A stretch of DNA of 64,000 nucleotides, taken from the NCBI GenBank assembly GCA_013239625.1, contig MU054001.1:5815078-5879077 (forward strand), given 5' to 3'. Each line of letters opens with the position of its first letter. Position 1 is the first letter of the stretch. The notes beneath the pieces were generated by a model. It searched no databases. It had not been told where the DNA came from and saw only the letters and a list, made by a program, of their open reading frames with translations. Below, piece by piece: positions 25,817-39,236 of this stretch. The position numbers were made by a program, and so were the translations under genes. The DNA comes from Lama guanicoe. Lineage: Eukaryota.

Positions 25817-26953
25817 CAATAGTAGTTCTTATGGAAATCCTCATGTGTAAATTGGAGAGCACAAAGTTACCTGCCTCGTTAGGTGACACCGAGATAAACA
25901 CTTAGGACTCCGCCTGGTTCAGCATGCACGTTTGAGCTGCTTTGAGAAACAGCGGAGCAGCTCTGGGAATGTTGGTCTCCTCCTTGTACCATGGTTGGGT
26001 TGAACTGGTTCTATTTCCTATCAGTTCCTCAGCCCGAGATTCTGACTGCAGTCAGTGACTCTGGTTGTCCTCACTGGGGCCACATGTTCACCGGTGGGCC
26101 TGCAGACTGTGTTTGATTGACAGTCCAGCCTAGACTGCATGCACTGGGGCGGGTGGGAGTCCCCTTAGGGAAAAACCAAGGCGCTGTTACCAGCTGAGGG
26201 GAGAAGGGATACAGATCAGGAAGAAGCAACGGTTGATGATGCCACAGAGATAAGTGACTTGGGTGACAGTTAGCGTCCTGGATATTCCCCATTCGTCCCT
26301 CCAGACCCACTCTCCACCCTCGTCCTCACTGCCCCGCTTGTGCCCCTAGTACGTGACGTGACTTGGATGGATCACATCTGTGGGGTCCCCTGCCTTTGGC
26401 TTCTGGTTGGGTTTGACCAGTGGGAGACTCCAACTGGAGCCTGGAGGGAAGGAGAAGTGAGGGCAGGATATTTATTGCTCTGACTGCCTCCCTCCCTGTC
26501 ACTGGAGGTTGGTGACCAGACTTCTAAAACGAAGGGCCCTGTCTGCATGGCTTTGTCTGGTTTCAGTAAACTCACTCGCTCCTCTGCCCTTCGTTCTCTG
26601 CTGTTGCTAAGCTCCAGCATGCTCTTCCACCGCTGGCGGGTTTCCTACCTAAATTCTACCCACACCTTTGTAAACAGTCAGGTTATTACCCTTGAATTAC
26701 CCTGTTTCTGGGTGTCCTCTGTTCCCTGTCAGGACCAGCTACGAGGTGGCGGAGCTGGGATTCAGATCTGGGTTAGCTGAATTTCTCAGTCTCCTCCAAC
26801 CGGACTGTGACCTCCCTGAGTGTAGTCAGTTTCGATCATTCAGTAAGCCCCTTACATTGACTCGAGGACCTCACACACGGCCTTTGTTGGGTATGTGTTG
26901 GCTGAAAGCAGGATTGGGAAGGTGGGATGACCCAAACTCCTGTTTCCTTTTAG

Positions 26954-27187
26954 ATGCTGGTCATACCAAGGCTCCTGGAATATTCCGAAGAGCGGTCGGG
27001 GAGCATTGCCTATGGAATAGGGCTTTGCTTTGCCCTTTTTTTCACCGAGTGTCTGAAGTCTATGGGTCTGTGCTCATTTTGGGTCCTCAACCAGCGCACG
27101 GGCGTCAGGTTTCGTACGGCCGTCTTCTCCTTTGCCTTTGAGAGGCTGATACAATTTAAGTCTCTGACACACATCTCTGTGGGAGAG
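26954..27187 (+). CDS. ABCC11: ABCC11 coding exon 5 (234 nt)
   Basis: [13 protein letters not shown]...[11 protein letters not shown]; ttttag| and |gtaagt. Confidence 0.95.
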
Positions 27188-27343
27188 GTAAGTGACTGGG
27201 GTTGCCCTCTGAGGCCCTAGTTCCCTCCTCCTCCTCCAGACATCGCTGTCCTGGAGACTAAGGGAGGGAGAAGAGGGAGTTGGGAGAGAAGGAAGAAGGA
27301 GAAAGGAAATAGTTCACAGGGTGAGTGTTAATAACCATCAACA

Positions 27344-27439
27344 GGGAGAGTGTAGCTCAGTGGTGGAGCGTGTGCCTAGCGTGCGGGAGGGCCTGGGTTC
27401 AGTCTCCAGTACCTCCTCCCATCTCCACCCCACTGCAAA
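27344..27439 (+). mobile_element. tRNA-derived SINE (Vic-1-like)
   Basis: A/B boxes; perfect 14-bp TSD AATAACCATCAACA (27330-27343/27440-27453). Confidence 0.87.
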
Positions 27440-30400
27440 AATAACCATCAACAATTGCCTGTAGGGCAGTCTGGGAAGTCAACAGTAACCCAGGGAGAGG
27501 CCAGTTGTATTCACAGCCTTAGGGAGGGTTTACCTGCTCATTGATCCCCTGGTCTAGGCCCTGGGGATACGGCAGTGAACAGAAAGACACAAAGCCTTAG
27601 TGGAAGCTCCCAGGACACCTATCCCTGCAGACTGCTCAGGGAGGAAGGGATGGGGGAACTTGCTAGCGCAGGGCAATCTGGGAGAAGCCAGGCCAAGGTA
27701 ACCTCCCTGAATGTTCACTTTTTTATTTGCAAAGGTGGGATACGTCCAGCTGATGGGCTATTGGTCAGTCCTTGCTCTGGCGTTCCTCACAGCATAACAC
27801 AAACAAATACTGACAGACAGTGAAGGAAGGTATTCCAACTATGACCTGGAGTCATGGGGGACACTGGAATTTTACATATTTAATTTCAATTTCCCTATTT
27901 CTTCACTGCTTACCAGTTGCCGGAGGAGCATGGATTACTTTTATATTGAAACAGACATTTTAATTTTGGGAAAGGACAGCACTGCTTTGGCTCTTTACCC
28001 TCAAGCCAAACGCCTTGGTGACCCTGCATTGGCAACTTTCCGGTCTTGCCTCCTCCTAGGCTCCCTCCTCTGGTCCTAGGTTGGCCTCCTTCCTCCGGGC
28101 CAGGCGGGGCTAAACCTCCAGTCCCCAGATAGACCAGGCATGCCCACTTGCTGGCATCTTTGCTCACATCACTGCCCTTTTAAAATCCCATTCATCCTTC
28201 CAGGCCCAGCTTAGATGTGCGCTCCTTCATGAGAGTGTCTCTGGACCCCACCCTCTGCCCCCACTCCCCACCAAGCACAAATCTGGCTGCTCCACTCAGA
28301 TAAGCCCCCTTCAAAGACATGAATCATTTCAGATTCACTATTCTATCCCTCAGAAAGCCCAGCATCTGAATTATACAAGACCATGTCCAAAATTATGTCT
28401 GCTGAATTAACCATTGCCACCAGGCAGCTGCTTTTTCTAACACAAGTGCTAGCCAATGTAAGGTATTGTCATCATCATTACTGTTAATTCTTCACCATTT
28501 GATTAGTTCTGGGACCTTAGGCAACTTGTTCATCCTCTCTGAAGCTGTGGAGTAATAACAGGACCCACCTTGCAGGATTGTTGTCTCACAGAATTAAATG
28601 AGGATTAAAAAAAAGAGCGTGTAGAAGAGGGCAGTGATTCATGTGTTAAATTGTGTCATTAATTTCTGTTTGGCCTTAAGCACGGAGGCTGCCCTGTTGT
28701 CCTGCACTGGACTGAAGTCCAAGGATCCGTGGCAGCCCTTCTCCCTGCTCACCTCAGCAAAATCGGCACAGGAACTGCCAGACATTGTCACAGGTGCTTT
28801 AGCTCAGCCGGTCCTCTGACTACCCTCTATGCAACAGTTTCTGTTATTGTTCCCACTGTCACAGGGGTGGAAACTAAGGCCAGGAAAGTGTATGAAACTT
28901 GCACAAGGTCACATGACTGGGGAGCCGCAGACCCTGGCTGCAGATTCCAGGTCCTAGGCCTGCCTTGCAGTGGAGGCCTTCCGAACGCCTCTGTCCTAAG
29001 CCCCTGCTGGAGGCAAGGCCCGATTTCCCCAAGCATCTTTGCGGAAACATAAAACAAGACGGCCCATTTGGAATTGGAGATGGAAGTACTTGCTCACATG
29101 AGGCTTTCCAGAGAGTTGCTTCCATAAATTTTATATCAAAATTAATTTTAAAAGCACCTGAAGACATTCTTCTCAGAAAGAAAATATAGTATAGGTGACC
29201 CCCTAGATCTGGTCCCTCCCTTTATGCCTGGAGGTGACCACCATTATCAGTTTGACTTGTGTAGTTCCGGACTTTTAAAAGTACATTTAAGTACACCTGC
29301 AAGTTACCCATAGAAAATATATTGTGTTTAGTGTGCATGTTTTTACATAAATGATACTGCATTTTACATTGTGTTCTGCAACTTGCTTTTACCGATACAA
29401 AATGTGTGATACAGCTTTTTTTGGGTGGGCTGTTCCATCAACGGTTCTACATCACTTGTGTTATTTTACAGCTTTTCCTCCCCTCCTCATTATGTCTTAA
29501 CTTTCCATGCATGTATAGATCATCCTCCTTCCTTTTCAGTGATGCTCACCCGTAATTACAGCTCTTTCTTGGAAAACTCTCATTTTCACCGAGATATAAT
29601 TGACATATAACGTTGTATTAGTGCAAACTATACAACATAATGATTTAATATATGCACATATTGCAAAACGATTACCATAACACATTTAGTTAACATCCAT
29701 TACCACACATAGTTGTACATTTTTTTTCTTGTAATGAGAACTTTTAAGATCTACTCTCTTAGCAACTTCCAGATAGAAAATACAGTATTCTTAAATACAG
29801 TCACCATGCTGTACATTACATCCCCAGGACTTATTTATTTTATGACTGAAAGGTTTTGCCTTTTGACCATTTTCACCCATTTCCATCACCCCCCACACAG
29901 ACCTTTCGATGTGTGAAAAGACAGTATTTTATATGTATTATCTCATTCAGATGTCACATCAACATGATGAAGTAGGTTGTATTATTATTATTTCCACTTT
30001 ACTGGTGAGGTGATGGAGGCACAGAGAGACTGCGTAATGTCTCTGTGGTTCCACAGCTAGTAAATGACATGAACACTGACAGTTTGCTCCAGGATCCAAT
30101 ATTAACTAATCTTCTTTGGTGGACGCTTTAACGCTTCCCACCAATGGACATTTAGGATGTTTCCAGGTTTGCTGCTATAAGCAATGCTGCAATGAACATC
30201 TTGTGTACATGCTTCCTCCAGCACATGTGAATGTTTCCCAACAGAAGAAGGAAATCGCCAGGTCTTGGGGTTTCTGCAATTATTCATTTTAAAAGACACT
30301 GTTAAATTGCCCTCCAAAGTGGCTGTACCAAATTTTGCTCCGACATACACTGTAAAATTTTTAAAGGCTCAGCCTGGGGCAAGTTCTGGGAACTGGAAGG

Positions 30401-30696
30401 AAATCAGATTAAATTTAGAAGGAAATCACTTCTTAGGGATTCAGATTGGTAATTCTAAAAGACATTAATTAGTGAATTGTTTCCTTAAATATGTTGTGAT
30501 TTGGAATGTCAGCTTTTATACACTGAACTGGGCAGTATATATTTGGGAAGGAGGGAGTGGGCAGAAGACTCTATAGCAAAAAAATAAAAAGAGAGAGAGA
30601 GAAAGGAGAAGGAGGAAAGACTCAGCTTCTGCCCCCAAAATGCAGTTATTATTAGTAGTAGGAGAATGAATAGGATGGAATAGAATAGAATAGAAT

Positions 30697-31057
30697 ATTA
30701 GAGAAATGCAAATCAAAACTACAATGAGGTATCCCCTCACACCAGTCAGAATGGCCGTCATCAAAAAGTCTACAAATAACAAATGCTGGAGAGGATGTGG
30801 AGGAAAGGGAGTCCTCCTGCACTGCTGGTGGGAATGCAAACTGGTGCAGCCACTGTGGAAAACAGCATGGAGATTCCTCTAAAGACTAGGAATAGACTTA
30901 CCATATGATCCAGCAATCCTACTCCTGGGCATATATCTGGAGAAAACTCTAATTTGAAAAGACACATATACCCCCATGTTCATAGTAGCACTATTTACAA
31001 TAGTCCAGGCATAGAAGCAACCTAAATGTCCATCAACAGGTGATGGGATAAAGAAGA

Positions 31058-31107
<50 letters not shown>

Positions 31108-31546
31108 ATATAAAATATTACTCATCCATAAAAAGAATGAAATATGCCATTTGCAGCAACTTGGATGGACCTAGAGATTACCATTCTAAGTAAGTCAGAC
31201 AGAGAAAGACAAATAAACGACATTACTTACATGCAGAATCTTTAAAAAAGACACAAATGAACTTATTTACAACACAGAAATAGACTTACAGATGTAGAAA
31301 ACAAAATTACGATTACCAAAGGGGAAAGGTGGGGGGAGGGGTAAATCAGGAGCTGGAGAGTAACATATACACACTGCTGTATACAAAATAAACAAGGACC
31401 TACTGTATGGCACAGGGAACGATATTCAATATCGTAATAACCTATAATGGAAAAGAATCTGAAAGAGAGTATATATATCTGAATCACTTTGCTGTACACC
31501 TGAAACTAACACAACCTCGTAAATCAATTATACTTCAATAAAAAAA
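30697..31546 (+). mobile_element. L1 3' fragment (ORF2 C-terminus plus 3'UTR) with internal (TG)n at about 31064-31102
   Basis: attagagaaatgcaaatcaaaactacaatgag, Cys-rich ORF2 end, A-tail; inserted in a (TAGAA)n repeat. Confidence 0.9.
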
Positions 31547-31954
31547 GATTTTTGAAAGAATAGAACCGAATAGAAGACTAGACGCAACTCTCTGGAATCT
31601 GGTTAGTAGTAGTCATAGCAATAGTCTAGAAAAATATAACTTTATTGAGCACAGTCTGTGTGGGCTGATATTTCTGTCTCCTTGACACTCTCATGACAAC
31701 CATGTTCAATAGGTATTATTATTGCAGCTTTACAGGTGGAGAAGCTGAGGCTCAGAGTGGCAAAGTAACTTATCCAGGGTCACACAGCCAGTAACAGGAG
31801 AGCAGTGAACCTGGCGTGTCTGTCTCTCCCACCCTGCCTCTTAAGCCTTCCAGCCAGGAGAAGGCCCGGGGCAGCTACCTGCCACGTGCACGTATAGCCT
31901 CTTCTGGGTACCTGGAGAAGTGACGCCTGTGGTGCTGGGCTTGCTGTGTTACAG

Positions 31955-32128
31955 GCCATCAGCTTCTTCACCAGAGACATAAACTACCTGTTTGAAGCCG
32001 TGTACAATGGGCCCCTGGTCTTGCTCACCTGCTTACTGCTGCTAGCCTCCAGCATCACCTCCTGCCTCACTCTTGGACCCACTGCGCTCATTGCCATACT
32101 TTGCTATCTCCTGATTCTACCACTGGAG
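31955..32128 (+). CDS. ABCC11: ABCC11 coding exon 6 (174 nt)
   Basis: [23 protein letters not shown]...[13 protein letters not shown] flanks. Confidence 0.95.
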
Positions 32129-32938
32129 GTAATGTCTTCCTCTGCCATCCATTTGATGTTCGACGTTCCCCATAACTCCTAGGGTTTTGGAATCTGGGGT
32201 GCTTCTTAATGGCTCTGTTGACTCTCGTTGACTGCTCATTCCACTGGGAGTAAGATTCAGCTTCAAGTCCTACCTCAAATGGTTCTCTGCCCACAGCACT
32301 GGCCGAATAAGTAAGAGGTGAATCTGATGGGTGTGCACCTTGTAGGTTTCTGTGACAGATAATGCACAGCCTTTCCTCAATAGATATCCTCTGTAAGAAT
32401 GTGGTTCCTTCTCTTCCACCCAGAATGCACTGAACATTTGGCTGAGCGCAGTATAAAGAGGGGAGAGAAGCAAATTGGCTACCAAAGATTCAGCTGAAAT
32501 AAAATTGGGCAAAAGAGGAAGGGACTCGTGGATCAGTGTGCTCTGAATTATTGAAGTTGAGTGTTTTCCTCCGTTAGCACAGGTACTCTGATTAGAAGGT
32601 GATTGCAATTGGTAGAGGGCTTAGCATTCCAGGAGACAGAAGAGTCCCATTTCTGTTTAGTTAGCCACAGCCTGGCTTGGGACCCAGAAGAGAAAGCCCC
32701 TCCAGGATGTGTGAGGCAGGTACCCTAAGGCGTGACAGCCTGTAGAGGCTTCCATCGGAAATCTTTCAGCAGGGGCCTGGAACTTAGAGTCACAGTGGAT
32801 TCAAACAGTGCAGGATGAGACGCAGGTATGCACTCCGCATCTGGAGTTTACCTCTGGAAATACTTAGCTGTCGCACTAACCGCAGGCTGCACTCTCCTGC
32901 CCTTGTCAAAAGAAGCTCTTGCTGCTCCCTGACTGCAG

Positions 32939-33086
32939 GTCTTCCTGATCAGAACTGTTGTGAAGATAAAGAATCGCATATCTGAGGTCAGTGACCAGCG
33001 CATCTGCGTGACCAGTGAAGTTCTCACCAGCATTAAGTTGATTAAAATGTGCACGTGGGAGAGACTATTTGCAAAAATAATTAAAG
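32939..33086 (+). CDS. ABCC11: ABCC11 coding exon 7 (148 nt)
   Basis: [53 protein letters not shown] flanks. Confidence 0.95.
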
Positions 33087-33243
33087 GTACAGAAAAACTG
33101 GCTTTCTGCTCAGAGCCTGGGGAGGTCATGGTGGACCCATCCTCTCGCCTTCCAGGGATTTCTTTCAAGCTCTGGGGCTTGGTCTGTGCTCTTTGGAGAA
33201 TGTTCTTGTGATTAATTTCAAAACCTTAAAATTTTTTTTCCAG

Positions 33244-33392
33244 ACTTCAGAAGAAAGGAGAGGAAGCACTTGGAGAAATTTGGGTTTATCCAGAGCCTGA
33301 CAACTTCTTTGTTTTTCATAAGCCCCACCGTGTGCTCAGTCATGATGTTCCTCATCCACGTTGGCTTACGACTGAAACTCACAACTTCAGTA
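33244..33392 (+). CDS. ABCC11: ABCC11 coding exon 8 (149 nt)
   Basis: (D)FRRKERKHLEKFGFIQSLT...LKLTTSV; donor GTA|GTGCGT. Confidence 0.93.
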
Positions 33393-34751
33393 GTGCGTGT
33401 TTGGGGAGCTTGTTTCCTCTCCCGTATTGACAGAGAGTTTTCTCCCATGTCCTTTTCAAGCCCGTGCTCCTGAAAGATCTGAAGTTTTTGCAAATGAATA
33501 ATACAAATTGATTTTGATTTTCCAGACTTTTAGAGTCTAAAGCTTTCTTTCTTCCATCTCAGTCCACTGGAGAAATTGACATCCCTTGGAAAGCAGCTGT
33601 GGGCAGGGGGACGACAGAGTCATCTGGGGGTGCAGGGGAAGTGCAATGTGTAGTCAAAGCCCAGATGATGCTGAGACTGAGAATCTTAAAGTGGGGGGTT
33701 TCTCTGATTCCCAAAATAGGGCCCTGAAATTGCACTTCAGAAAGGTCTGGCTTCTCCTGTCTTTCTCTTCATGGTCTGAATCTGGCCTTGGGAAGCAGCA
33801 GCTGCCTTTTCAGGGTTAGGAATTCAATTCTTGGAGGAGAAGAGGACAAGGTGCTGCTCTTAGAAAGGTTGGAATCCAGAGAGGCCAGGAGACCATACCA
33901 AAGCAAGAAGGGGAGCCTGCAACCAAGGTCTCCTTCATGCTCTTGACGGCAGCCACCTCTGCTTGGCCCTGGCACACACCAGGAAAACACCCTGGCAAGT
34001 TTGTGGGTGGGAGGGGGACTGTGTAAGGAGAACTCCCGGTGAGACTTTAGGGTCACACTGCACTTGTACCATGCAAGGTTAGACCAAAGCATTCCTGCTC
34101 TGCTGGAGTTTAGATTAAGCTGGACGAAGAAGAGGGTGGAGATGGGGCATGAATGGCATGAATTGGAAAGTGCCCAGGGTTCATCCCGGAGGTCACATTC
34201 TGGGATCCTGAGAGCTGGAGGTGATTTGCTATAGTCAGGGAGGGTCTCCAGGGGAGAGAGAGGCATGGATTAGGCTTGAAGCCTAGGGAGATTCTGAATA
34301 TTCTAAAAGAAAAGAGCATCTATGGCAAAGAATAGATATGATTTTGGCAGCAATAGTAGTTCAAAGCCACGTCGCCAGTAGACAAAGCTCTCTCATTTGT
34401 GTTTTCTCAGGGCTTCTCAGCTAATCCTGTACCGACTTCAGGGTTTTGTGTACTCTGCCAATGGGGAAACTGCACTTGTGGTTGGGGGGACCTGCCCAAG
34501 TCACAGGGTTACCCAGCAGCTTATCTGCAAAAGCGATCAGGCCTTCACTTGGCAACTTTAAGATGAGCGCTGTTTCCCCCACTTATCCTAGTCTCCCCAA
34601 ATACCAGCTTGGCCTCTGCCACATGAAGGGCCTGCTGGTTGGAAGCTACAGGGTCTGGCTCTGTGGCTTGAGGCTCAGAGATGGGGTCTCCAGGGGTGAG
34701 GGGAACAGAGCAGGGCTGTGACCCTTACCGCCTCCTCTCTGCCCCATCCAG

Positions 34752-34859
34752 GTCTTCACCACTCTGGCCACCTTGAATTCCGTGCAGCTGTGCGTGTTCT
34801 TAGCACCCTTCGCAATCAAAGTCCTCACGAATTCCAAGCCTGCCGCGGAGAGGTTCAAG
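34752..34859 (+). CDS. ABCC11: ABCC11 coding exon 9 (108 nt)
   Basis: VFTTLATLNSVQLCVFLAPFAIKVLTNSKPAAERFK; |gtgagt. Confidence 0.93.
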
Positions 34860-35178
34860 GTGAGTGGTCAGAGGCCTGGCTGCACAGCCCTTGGCGTGGC
34901 TCGCTCTTCTGCCTTCACCACCATGAAGCTCCTCCCGCACGTGACCCCAGGCCAGGGCGGAGTCCAGCCTGGGCAGAGCAGGACTGTCTCACTCAGTGAC
35001 CTCCGGTGCCCGACTGGTATGGGGCTGGGAAGACAGGTGAGTCAGGCCGGCGCCCAGACCCTGGAGAGATCTTAGGAGAGTGGATCCAAACCACATCTCA
35101 GGCAGGTGGTCTGCAGACCCTGTCCAGGTTTGTGTAGAGTTACCCTGATGGTTTTGCTTTTTAAAAAATTACATCAAA

Positions 35179-35270
35179 GTCTTGGGCTCAATCTCAATAC
35201 CTCCTCTAGAAATAAATAAATAAATAAAAACCAAATTACCACCCTCCACCCCCACACCCCTGCCAAAAAA
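35179..35270 (+). mobile_element. 5'-truncated tRNA-derived SINE
   Basis: B-box remnant, (AAAT)n and family tail; imperfect TSD AAAAAATTA(C/T)ATC. Confidence 0.7.
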
Positions 35271-35797
35271 ATTATATCTGTTGCTGGCATTTGAAAACCT
35301 GGAAATTGTATCTATAAACTCTGATTTCTGGATTCTCATGTATAATCAGAAGATCTGGCAACATCGGCCCCACATCCTCCTGTGGCCACAGCAGCCAGAG
35401 CGGAGATGAGAACCACCCCAGGTGAAGTCAGGGCATTTAAGTGTGGTGTCCTGCGGCCTCCCACGGTGCCCCATCGCACCTCCAGAGCTGTATCTTATCA
35501 CTTCTCATCTTAGCAATGGTTTCCTTCACTTCTTGATGCTTCTGGTCTTGCCCCTACAAGCATCTGAGTTGAAAAACTCAAATTGAAACCAATTTCTAAA
35601 GCATTTTAGAGTTTAAAGGCGTGCAGTCCCAAATCTGTCTCATTCATTCGCTCACTCATTTATTCATTAAAAAAAATGATTGCATACCTATGTCCAGCCA
35701 GAAACTGAGAATACCGCAGTGAGCTTGACCCAGAGGGTCCCTGCTCCCAGAGGATTACAATCTGGGATTTGAAAGAAGCAATTCACAAGTGAATTAC

Positions 35798-35936
35798 GGG
35801 GGGAGGGTATAAGTCAGTGGTAGAGTGTGTGCCCAACACGCACAAGGTCCTGTCCCAGTGCTTCCACTAAAAGTAAATAAATAAAAACCTAATCCCCTCC
35901 CTTCCCAAAACCAAACAAAAAAATCAAATTAAAAAA
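35798..35936 (+). mobile_element. tRNA-derived SINE (Vic-1-like), B box deleted
   Basis: TSD AAGTGAATTA (35787-35796/35937-35946). Confidence 0.82.
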
Positions 35937-37734
35937 AAGTGAATTAATGTTCAAAGAAGATAAGATCAGTTCACATGAAGAGCTGTGGTGCCAATAAAGT
36001 GGAGTGATGTTTGAAAGCATGTGTCAGGGAGGGCTGGGGCTACGCTGGACTGGCTGGTCAGGGAAGGCCTCCCTGCCAAGGCGACTTTGGAGCTGAGTAA
36101 GGATGATAAGGCAGAGGGAATGGCTAGTGCAAAAGCCCTGAGGCTGGGACGAACTTGGCTTGTCTGAGTAACACAAGACAGTCCTTTCCTTACCAACAGC
36201 CGCAAAAGCTTCCCTAACTTCTCAGTTGCTGTCACTGGGGGCCCTGCCGCCTCCTCCTCCCCATTGGTGCTCTAGTTCTGCCCCACTACCACCACCCCTG
36301 CCCCGCCCTGCCCCGTCCAGTCTGTGCCTGTTTCCACCTGCAGGGAGGGCAGAGATAAGGAAGTACAACCTGGGCTCAGAAGGAATGACCAGAGAGACAG
36401 CTAGAGGGCGGGAAGGGGGTGGGATGGATGTAGTTACCATGGAGATGAGGAGGCAGGAATGGCAGGGGTCAGGGCAAAGATCTCGGAATCTGGGCTGCCT
36501 CTGACCCTGGGCTGATCTTGGACCCTCAAGGTCAAGGGGGTGTGGTGGAGTGAGGTGGGGTGGCAGGAAGGGAGCTATCACCTGGGGACAAGTACTTACT
36601 CTCCAAGTCCCCTCACATCAGGGCATCTTCCACTCTTCCTGCTTCAGCCAGCTAACTTTTCTGTAGGCGTGTCGTGGAGACCCCCAGGCTGGAAGGGGAA
36701 GGAATGATCTTTAGGGCCGAATTTCTTCTTTCTCCTCTGTGTTCCCTGGGGCAGTAACCCAGCTCTCAGTCCCCTGTGCCCTTTGGCTCCTGAACGCTGA
36801 GGAGCCAGCTTTCCAGGGCAGGGAGAAGCCTGCCAGCCCTCAGGGATGCTGCCTCCTTGCAGGTGCCCACAGGTAGGAGGTGAGCTGGCTGCTGGGGGCT
36901 GCTGAGGCTGCCCACGGGGGCTCCAGACAAGGTCCCCGAGTGGGCACTTCAGATCACGGCTTCCTTTGTGCTACTTATTAAAAAAAAAAAAAAGTGAAAA
37001 ATCACTGAATGGCGTAAAGTTAGATTGAGAATTTACTTAGAGCATTTGGGGGTCAAAGACTCCCTGTTTTTGTTCCCCATAAACCAGTTTATTGGTGTCG
37101 ATTCACACCTAGATCTGTGTGCTTGTCACCCTGACACATTAAGCCAGCATGATAATTTTTTTTTAAGCACAGGAATGAAAGCCTCCATGTTTGGAACAGT
37201 GGTTACCCAAGGAGAGAGCTTGGAAAGCGAGGAGGGCTTTGTCCACACCAAGCAGGGAGATGAGATGGGGAAAGACCCATTGATAGGTGAAAGTTACGGC
37301 TCTGAGGTTCAGTGGTGGGCGCACGGATACTCACCATGTTACGGCAAATAGCTCAACAAGTAACTGCCAAACTAACTAAAACAAAGAGGGCCATGCAATG
37401 CCCACTGATGACCGTATGCCTTGACCCAAATGTTATAATTTATCAAATTCAATATACCTGAGGTCCAATTAAAAAAAAAGGCCACTTTTTTGTCTTTTGA
37501 AAATAGCTTTTTTGTTTTGCTTTTGTAAAAGGCTATGTACTCATTGTAAAAATTTCGGACAATGTGAAAAGATAGAGAATAAAAATCACTCAGCACTTAC
37601 TACCTAGAGATAAAACCAAATGTCTGAAATGTCCGTAAATGTCTTTCTAGATCTCTTTCTAAACGTATCTCCAGGTGGAGACATGTGAGCACAATTTGAT
37701 CAGTGCAGTAACACTTCCCACCCACTCTTTTTTA

Positions 37735-38165
37735 AAATATATTTTTACTGAAGTATAGTCAGTTTACAATGTTGTGTCAATTTCTGGTGTACAGCACAAT
37801 GCTTCAGTCATATAGGAACATACATATATTCGTTTTCATATTCTTTTTAACCATAAATTACTACAAGATATTGGATATAGTTCCCTGTGTTATATAGTAG
37901 AAACTTTTCTTTACCTATTTTATATATAGAATATGCAAGTCTCAAACTCCCAATTTATCCCATTTTTAAAAATTCAAATTAAAAAATTTTTTTATTGAAC
38001 TATAGTCAGTTTACAGTGTTTTATCAATTTCTGTGTACAGCATAATGTTTCAGTCATACATGTGCATACATGTATTCTTTTTCATTATAGATTACTATAA
38101 GATATTGAATATAGTTCCCTGTGCTATGTATAGTATGAACTTGCTGTTTATCTATTTTATATATA
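37735..38165 (-). mobile_element. Two tandem L1 3'UTR tails
   Basis: Two diverged copies beginning tatagtcagtttaca (about 37754 and 38001). Confidence 0.8.
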
Positions 38166-38554
38166 TGAGCCCACCTTTTGAAATAGTAGAATTCATGTAG
38201 TTCAACTTCTGTTTTTTTATAGAGAGGGGGATGGAGACACAGAGAGAAGTGACCTGCTGATAGTCACATTTTGAAATATATGACCTGAAACAGCATCTCC
38301 CACAGAGTGGTGCACAGACAGACCTTTTTATTTTTAATAGTTTTAAATGAAATTTAATGAGAAAAACCATACATCAGTACTGATTTGACAGCTGTTTTCA
38401 CTTAAGATGATGCTAATGTAGGTTATATCCTTAGTCTACGTAAAATAAAATGAAAAATAACTCATAGTGTAGGTAGAGTACAGCCATGAAAGAGTGCTGG
38501 TAATCTGAGATTTGGAAAACTTTGATGTAGACTTAAAAAAAATTTTTTTTAAGT

Positions 38555-38655
38555 TTGTTTGTTTAGGGGGAGGTAATTAGGTTTGTTTATTTATTTATTT
38601 ATTTATTTAATGTTTTGTTTATGTATTTGTTTAGGGGGGAGGTAATTAGGTTTGT

Positions 38656-38698
<43 letters not shown>

Positions 38699-38787
38699 TT
38701 ATTTTTAATGGAAGTACTGGGAATTGAACCCAGGACCTCATGCATGCTAAGTGCACAATCTACCACTGAGCAATACCTTCCCCCTCC
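38555..38787 (-). mobile_element. tRNA-derived SINE with duplicated tail module and (TTTA)n microsatellite
   Basis: Tail motif TTTGTTTAGGGGG(G)AGGTAATTAGGTTTGTTTATTTA occurs twice; TSD GATGTAGA. Confidence 0.85.
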
Positions 38788-38975
38788 GATGTAGAATTTT
38801 TGACAGCAAAAACTAGCCTCTTGCAGTTGATGGTGGCTCTTCAGACTCTTACAGTTTATTAGAAGTTCATAAAAGGTTCATATCAGATTACAGACAGGCC
38901 AGTAAAATGGGTACGTGTTCCTAGCAGACTAAAGAACTGAATCCTCCTCCCTCTCTTTCCTCTTCTTCTGTCCAG

Positions 38976-39236
38976 AAATTTTTCCTCCAGGAGAGCCCTG
39001 ACTTCTATGTGCAGACATTGAAGGACCCCAGCAAAACACTGGTTATGGAGGAGGCCACCTTGTCGTGGAGAAAGACCCGCCCTGGGATTGTCAATGGAGA
39101 CTTGGAGCTGGAGAAGAACGGACACACGCCCGAGGGGCTGACCCAGCCTCAGCCACCTCTAGGTGCTTTCAAGCCAGAGGACAAAGGGGACGGCTGGGCC
39201 CCAGAGTTGCACAAGATAAACCTGGTGGTGTCAAAG
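38976..39236 (+). CDS. ABCC11: ABCC11 coding exon 10 (261 nt)
   Basis: [20 protein letters not shown]...[12 protein letters not shown]; long pyrimidine tract plus AG; |gtaacc. Confidence 0.95.
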
